Assembly (NCBI GenBank): GCA_002731275.1
Contig: PCBK01000106.1
Span: 37,333-101,332 of the forward strand
From: Deltaproteobacteria bacterium
GTDB lineage: Bacteria; Myxococcota_C; UBA6777
Length of the DNA: 64,000 nt
Direction: 5' to 3'
How positions within the stretch are numbered: position 1 is the first letter of the stretch; the number at the start of each line of letters is the position of its first letter. A model generated the notes under the pieces. That model saw only the letters and a program-made list of their open reading frames with translations. It searched no databases and had not been told where the DNA came from. Positions 58,934 through 64,000 of this stretch are shown piece by piece. A program made the position numbers and the translations under genes.

Positions 58934-60049
58934 TTGTTCTCCCGGACTTTTGCCCTCTACACATTACTCTTCATCTTTTGTTCACCTGCACGTGCACAGA
59001 GTCCTGGAAAACATGCCCTCAAAAAGACAGACGCCTCAAAACAACGCGAACTCATCATCGCGACCAAGTCCTCGCCCCCCTTTGCGATGAAACGCTCTGA
59101 TGGGAAATGGACAGGGATCAGTATCGAACTATGGCAAGTGCTCGCCAAAGAGCTCGGGCTGCGCTATCGCTTCAAAGAGTTGGGTCTGCAACAAATGCTC
59201 GACCAGGTGAAGCGTGGGAAAGTCGATGCAGCAGTCGCTTCGCTTACAATTACACCAAGTCGCGAAGCATACCTCGACTTCACACACCCCTTCCACACAA
59301 CAGGCCTCGCGATCGGCATCCACAGCGCGCGAAAGAACACCATTCTTCGAGCCTTCCGAAAAATCTTTACCCTGGAATTACTTGAACTTGTAGGTGGGCT
59401 TTTCTTACTCTTGGTGTTTATGGGGATGCTCGTTTGGTGGTTTGAACATCAACACAACCACGAAGAATTTGGCGGCAGCGCGATTCACGGAATCGGCGCG
59501 GGCTTTTGGTGGTCTGTGGTCACAATGACCACTGTTGGATATGGTGATAAATCCCCAAGGACTTTGGGTGGGCGAGTTGTTGCGATGCTTTGGATCTTTT
59601 TGAGCTTGGTGTTGGTCTCAAGCTTCACAGCAGCGTTAACCTCACTTCACACAGTGAATGTTTTGGAGTCGCACATCAAAAGCCCCAACGATCTGCACAG
59701 ATTAAAAGTTGCGACTGTTCCCAACTCAACAAGCGCAAGATTCTTGGAAAACAGACACATCCAAACAGTCATGTACAAGGATATTCTCAGCGCGTCAAAA
59801 GCAGTCGCCAACAAACAAGCCGGCGCGATTGTCTACGATGCCCCACTACTGCGCTATCTCTCACAACACCGACTTCATGGCAAAATGACAGTTCTCCCAG
59901 GACATTTCAAACGCCAAGACTACGGCATCGCGTTGCCTCCAGGCAGCGACATGAGAAAACCGCTGAACAAGGCTATCCTGAAAATGATTTACAGCGACAG
60001 GTGGCAAATGTTGCTCAAGAAATACCTCGGCCCCAACGCAACCCAATAA
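58934..60049 (+). CDS. GluR0-like ligand-gated potassium channel (substrate-binding domain interrupted by a K+ pore)
   Basis: TTG start after an AAGGAGG SD. Signal peptide, binding-protein lobe 1, TM helix, pore helix with selectivity filter TTVGYGD, TM helix, then lobe 2. Confidence 0.75.
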   Translation: MFSRTFALYTLLFIFCSPARAQSPGKHALKKTDASKQRELIIATKSSPPFAMKRSDGKWTGISIELWQVLAKELGLRYRFKELGLQQMLDQVKRGKVDAAVASLTITPSREAYLDFTHPFHTTGLAIGIHSARKNTILRAFRKIFTLELLELVGGLFLLLVFMGMLVWWFEHQHNHEEFGGSAIHGIGAGFWWSVVTMTTVGYGDKSPRTLGGRVVAMLWIFLSLVLVSSFTAALTSLHTVNVLESHIKSPNDLHRLKVATVPNSTSARFLENRHIQTVMYKDILSASKAVANKQAGAIVYDAPLLRYLSQHRLHGKMTVLPGHFKRQDYGIALPPGSDMRKPLNKAILKMIYSDRWQMLLKKYLGPNATQ

Positions 60050-60784
60050 TCAATCTCGCCCTACGTGTTGTCTGTATGAATGAAGCATAGAGAGCGCACC
60101 CTCAATCAACTCACCGTGAAGACCCCATCCAATCCCCAACGTACGCATGGACACGTGAAACAATGTCTGCGCATGCAACGCTTCTGGTAGAATACGGTCT
60201 CGCTTGCGAAAATGATCGAGACCATGAACCGTTGCCCATAAAATAAACGACTTTTGTTTACATAAGATATCTTCTCTATCAAGTTGTAGCAGTTCGCCCA
60301 GCGACTCTTCTATCGGCTCCAGAATCTTCCCGATGATCTTTGCCGCGTCCAGCGCGTCTTCATCCGGTAAAAGAGGCTGTGGAGACGACATAATAGCATC
60401 AATCAACCGATGTCGCGAAGGCTCCTTCACCGCATCCAAAAAGTACACCTCTCCCGCCAAAAACACCCTCGCGAGCGCTCTCGACTCGACCTCGCTGCCT
60501 TCTAGCCCCTCAAAATACACACCAGCACGCGCAAGCTCTTCGTATAGAGAGACTTGAAACTCCTCTAACGCCCTCTTTTGCAACGCAACTATCAGATCAT
60601 CTTTGCTCGGAAAATACCGGTACAAAGCACCAACTGCCGCATCCAGCGACTTCGCGATCTTCGCAATCGTCAACCCATCAAGACCCTCTTGTGCAACAAT
60701 ATGCATCGCACTCTCAAGCATCTGCTCCCGCCTCGCAAGACGCCTCTTCTCACGACGACCAAGTTTCTTGACCTCTTCATTCAT
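60050..60784 (-). CDS. TetR-family transcriptional regulator
   Basis: The ATG at 60784 follows GGAGG. N-terminal HTH LDGLTIAKIAKSLDAAVGALYRYFPSKDDL. The 157 upstream codons of the tracked ORF look non-coding (Cys/Phe-rich). Confidence 0.8.
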   Translation of the reverse strand: MNEEVKKLGRREKRRLARREQMLESAMHIVAQEGLDGLTIAKIAKSLDAAVGALYRYFPSKDDLIVALQKRALEEFQVSLYEELARAGVYFEGLEGSEVESRALARVFLAGEVYFLDAVKEPSRHRLIDAIMSSPQPLLPDEDALDAAKIIGKILEPIEESLGELLQLDREDILCKQKSFILWATVHGLDHFRKRDRILPEALHAQTLFHVSMRTLGIGWGLHGELIEGALSMLHSYRQHVGRD

Positions 60785-61205
60785 CTCGCCTCCAGATACC
60801 CATCTTTGTGTATAGTCAAATATACAGCATGAGAAGTTTTCTTTGTACTCCACCACGTAAACGCACTCTCTTCCAACAAACAATGCGCATATGCCGACGA
60901 TTGAATCGTACAAACCTATGGCATGGATATCGCATACAGGCACACCAAAGTCAAATGGAAGACATCCTCGTGAATCAGTTCCATTGGTTTTCAATTGCGA
61001 TGTGGATGTATCATTTTGTGTATCGGCAACGCCCGGAAAGGTAAAGCGGCAAAGACGCAACTCAACAAACCCCCTCAACGACCACAATACCTTCCAGCGT
61101 TGTCTTTTTTGATAGCACTCAAAAGAAAACCTTTTTGGACAAACGTTCGTATACTCACTTTTGGCATCACCCACTTCCAGACCGAATGCACAAAAGGAGC
61201 CCACA

Positions 61206-62186
61206 TTGACCACGCTCAGATTCGCCCAACCATCGGATGCAGAAGAACTTTCCAATATTTACAAGCGCTATGTCATCGATTCATTTGTCTCCTTCGAAAC
61301 GACCCCCCCTACAGTCGATCAATTCGCCGAGCGTATCGAACACATACAACAGCAGTTCCCTTGGCTCGTCATAGAAGATAATGAGCGCTGTCTTGGGTAT
61401 GCCTACGCATCTCCACATCGCTCTCGCGCAGCCTACCAATGGTCCACAGAGGTCTCAGTCTACCTCGACGACGACATCCACCGCCAAGGGGTCGGAACCC
61501 GCCTCTACAACGAACTCTTCCGCCTTTTACAGATACAGGGATACGTCAACGCATACGCAGGGATCACCATTCCCAACCCGAAAAGTCTCGGATTTCACAA
61601 CAAGTTGGGTTTCGAAGAAGTAGGTATTTACAAGCAAGTTGGGTACAAAGCAGGTCGATGGTGTGATGTCGTCTGGCTCAGTCGGTCCTTGCAAGCGCCT
61701 CCCACGCCGCCATCATCCCCTATACCACTGCCGTCTCTGCTCGCGTGTATGCCCCACCAACATGTCCAAGACATCGTAGATGACGACACTTTTTTGCATC
61801 GATTTGAACGCCAGGAGATCTCACTGACGTGTTGGGATCACCGCGCACACGTCAGAGTCGCATGGAAGTATATTCAACAAGAAGCGTCACTCGAACGAGC
61901 GTATACACGTATGAGAGATGGAATATACGCGCTACTCGATCACAACGGTATCTCGCAGGACAAATACAACGAGACCGTGACCAGGGGCTATCTCATCCTC
62001 ATCGCGAAGGCCGTTGGAGAAAAAACACAATCTTGGTGTAGATTTTACAAGGACAACCCGTCTCTCTTTGATAGGACGTCGCCACCCCTGCTCGCGTACT
62101 ACACAAAAGAAGAGCTCTTGTCAGATGAGGCAAGGCAAAGTTGGATACAGCCTTCCAAGCGAGACTTTGGTGATATCGATTGGTAG
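61206..62186 (+). CDS. GNAT N-acetyltransferase (phosphinothricin-acetyltransferase-like) fused to a C-terminal domain of unknown function
   Basis: The TTG at 61206 follows AAGGAG with a 6-nt spacer. GNAT motif A HRQGVGTRLYNELFRLL. About 160 aa of extra C-terminal sequence. Confidence 0.7.
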   Translation: MTTLRFAQPSDAEELSNIYKRYVIDSFVSFETTPPTVDQFAERIEHIQQQFPWLVIEDNERCLGYAYASPHRSRAAYQWSTEVSVYLDDDIHRQGVGTRLYNELFRLLQIQGYVNAYAGITIPNPKSLGFHNKLGFEEVGIYKQVGYKAGRWCDVVWLSRSLQAPPTPPSSPIPLPSLLACMPHQHVQDIVDDDTFLHRFERQEISLTCWDHRAHVRVAWKYIQQEASLERAYTRMRDGIYALLDHNGISQDKYNETVTRGYLILIAKAVGEKTQSWCRFYKDNPSLFDRTSPPLLAYYTKEELLSDEARQSWIQPSKRDFGDIDW

Positions 62187-62216
62187 CGGCTTGGCCTTGT
62201 TGTTTCTCGCAAAGGT

Positions 62217-62876
62217 CTACAGCGCCAGCTCCAGCTCCATAAACAGGTGAGGATGCTTTTCGTACTTTTCTTGCATCAAACGGATCGTGTCCACGCGTAC
62301 TTCGTGCTTATAGGACTCCAACAAGACCTCCCCCTCTTTGGGGAACGCCAAAAACCGTTCTTTGTCGATCAACAGAATACGAGGCTTAAATTGATGCATC
62401 AGCTCAGAATGTTCATATGTGAGACAAAAGACATACCACCGCTTTTGCACCTCTCCACCCATATCATCCCGCATCGTCCCTGCAGCAAATTGTTCGGCGA
62501 TTTGGTTGAGAATGGTGTTCAAAATGTACCAGGAATCCTCCTCAGGAAAAGAGAGCACAGGACCTTCGGCTTTTGCTCGCTCCATCGCCGCCCGAACCTC
62601 AGACTGCATCGCCGTATTTCTCATCACATGCCGAAGGTCTCGTTCAAACAGAGTACGCAACTTCAAAGACGCGACAGCTTTGTCCTCACGTGGCTCAGTG
62701 AAGGGCTCGATGATATTGAGGCTGAGCAAGATGGAGTTGTTAAACTCACGCTTTTTCCAGGCAGAACCGGCCTGCCATTGCCCCCACATCCAACCTGCAA
62801 AGACACCAAGAACGGCCCCCAAAATCTTTGGGATAAAATCGAGCACAGCAGCCAACACATCAACGCCAAAAAACAT
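62217..62876 (-). CDS. hypothetical membrane-anchored protein (219 aa)
   Basis: N-terminal hydrophobic helix and balanced composition. I prefer it over the R/H/L-rich antisense ORF 62247..63155. Confidence 0.5.
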   Translation of the reverse strand: MFFGVDVLAAVLDFIPKILGAVLGVFAGWMWGQWQAGSAWKKREFNNSILLSLNIIEPFTEPREDKAVASLKLRTLFERDLRHVMRNTAMQSEVRAAMERAKAEGPVLSFPEEDSWYILNTILNQIAEQFAAGTMRDDMGGEVQKRWYVFCLTYEHSELMHQFKPRILLIDKERFLAFPKEGEVLLESYKHEVRVDTIRLMQEKYEKHPHLFMELELAL

Positions 62877-63151
62877 CGGACACTCCTTTTTACTAGCTTG
62901 AAGATCTCACGTCGAACGAAAGCGAATCCAGATCGACGAGATTGTATGATACCTCTTCGCAAAATTGCAATAAGACCAACAGCATCCAAATGCCACATGG
63001 GTATCGTGGACGATGAATTTGAAACTTCATTGAAAAATTGGTATGCTAGACGCGTTTTTCCAACGATACGATGTGAAGAACACTTCACTCTCTTCAAACA
63101 CTTAATGAATACGATAGGATGTGCTCGTTCCTATCTGAATATGATAGACAC

Positions 63152-64000
63152 ATGACAACAAAAGACACGCTAGGGTCCTATCAGCTCCTTGAGGAGGTTG
63201 GCTCAGGTGGTATGGGTGTCATCTACCGCGCCGTCCACAAAAAAAGTGACGATTTTCAAAAAACCGTCGCGATCAAAAAGCTACATCCTCACCTCGCACA
63301 AGAGCCGGGACTCATACAGAGCTTTGTCAACGAAGCTCACATAGCCTCCTCATTCCAACACCCAAATGTTATCTCCACATTTGATTTGGGACACGAGGAG
63401 GAGACCTACTTCATCGCCATGGAGTATGTAAAGGGATACCCTCTTAACCGATTGTTTGACTACTTTCGTCCACTCCCTCTGGACACCCTTATCCACAGTA
63501 TCATGCAGTCGTTGCTCGGTCTTGACTACCTCCACCACCTCAAAGACTCGGAAGGAAACCCCCTCGACCTCGTTCACCGAGACATTTGCCCTGGCAATAT
63601 CCTCGTCTCAGAGCAAGGTGTGGTCAAGCTTATCGACTTTGGATTGTTGCACTCCAACCAAAACACGAACACAACACAGCCCGGAACAAAGAAAGGTACT
63701 TTTGCCTATATGTCCCCGGAGCAGGCGGCTGGAAGCAATGTAGACGCGCGCTCGGACTTGTTCTCGCTGGGGTTGATCCTTTATGAAGGTTTGACCAACC
63801 AGCCACTCTACGAGAGAGACGATCCACTCCAAACTGTGAAGCTCGCAGCCGAGGCCAACATCCCTCTGCTACATACAGTTCTCCCAGAGATCGCTCCAAA
63901 ACTCGAAGAGATCGTGCACAAAGCGCTCGCAAAAGATCCAGATGACCGCTTCCAAGACGCCCTCTCTTTTTATGACGCGCTTGGCGAATACATCGCCCCC
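63152..64000 (+). CDS. Ser/Thr protein kinase (5' partial; runs off the window end)
   Basis: I translated from the ATG at 63152: MTTKDTLGSYQLLEEVGSGGMGVIYRAVHKK, VAIKKL, HRDICPGNILV, DFGL, YMSPE. The frame stays open to 64000. Confidence 0.85.
   Translation, partial: MTTKDTLGSYQLLEEVGSGGMGVIYRAVHKKSDDFQKTVAIKKLHPHLAQEPGLIQSFVNEAHIASSFQHPNVISTFDLGHEEETYFIAMEYVKGYPLNRLFDYFRPLPLDTLIHSIMQSLLGLDYLHHLKDSEGNPLDLVHRDICPGNILVSEQGVVKLIDFGLLHSNQNTNTTQPGTKKGTFAYMSPEQAAGSNVDARSDLFSLGLILYEGLTNQPLYERDDPLQTVKLAAEANIPLLHTVLPEIAPKLEEIVHKALAKDPDDRFQDALSFYDALGEYIAP

Noticed and set aside
60785-61255. The 157-codon N-terminal extension of the TetR ORF as tracked (60050..61255).
   Set aside because: The extension is Cys/Phe/Val-rich and lacks protein-like character. 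The internal ATG at 60784 has a GGAGG site and gives a standard-length TetR with the HTH at the usual position.
1-64000. CRISPR arrays, tRNA/rRNA genes, insertion sequences, integrases and prophage genes.
   Set aside because: I scanned the intergenic regions and ORF translations. I saw no regularly spaced repeats, no cloverleaf-like tRNA candidates in the gaps, and no transposase or integrase motifs. Small RNAs could still be missed without covariance-model searches.

Overview
The window looks like a gene-dense bacterial chromosomal segment with moderate GC by eye. I call about 50 protein-coding genes. I recognised no rRNA, tRNA, CRISPR array, transposase or integrase. Three features are reminiscent of Myxococcota or Bradymonadia-like deltaproteobacteria, though that is inference only: three eukaryote-like Ser/Thr kinases (two with N-terminal zinc ribbons), cysteine-rich repeat lipoproteins, and an ECF sigma/anti-sigma operon. 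Recognisable housekeeping and metabolic genes are rpoD, class II fructose-bisphosphate aldolase, cardiolipin synthase, type I asparaginase, acyl-CoA dehydrogenase, an IMPDH-family protein and an SDR. Transport genes are ExbB-ExbD-TonB, a three-gene Fe(III)-type ABC importer, an MFS transporter and a GluR0-like ligand-gated K+ channel. Regulators are AraC, TetR, a histidine kinase and a REC-PAS-GGDEF-EAL response regulator. The stand-out locus is a tightly packed minus-strand four-gene operon (37469 down to 27604, about 9.9 kb). It encodes a WGR-domain/HEAT-repeat protein, a 1547-aa HEAT-like giant protein with two beta-rich inserts, a SWIM zinc-finger protein, and a retron-type reverse transcriptase with intact catalytic motifs. 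I do not recognise this gene combination as any described retron, DRT or Abi architecture. No canonical effector domain is visible. An 87-nt tandem-hairpin element sits in the operon leader and could be its non-coding RNA. All family assignments come from motifs read by eye in the supplied translations; no database search was possible.
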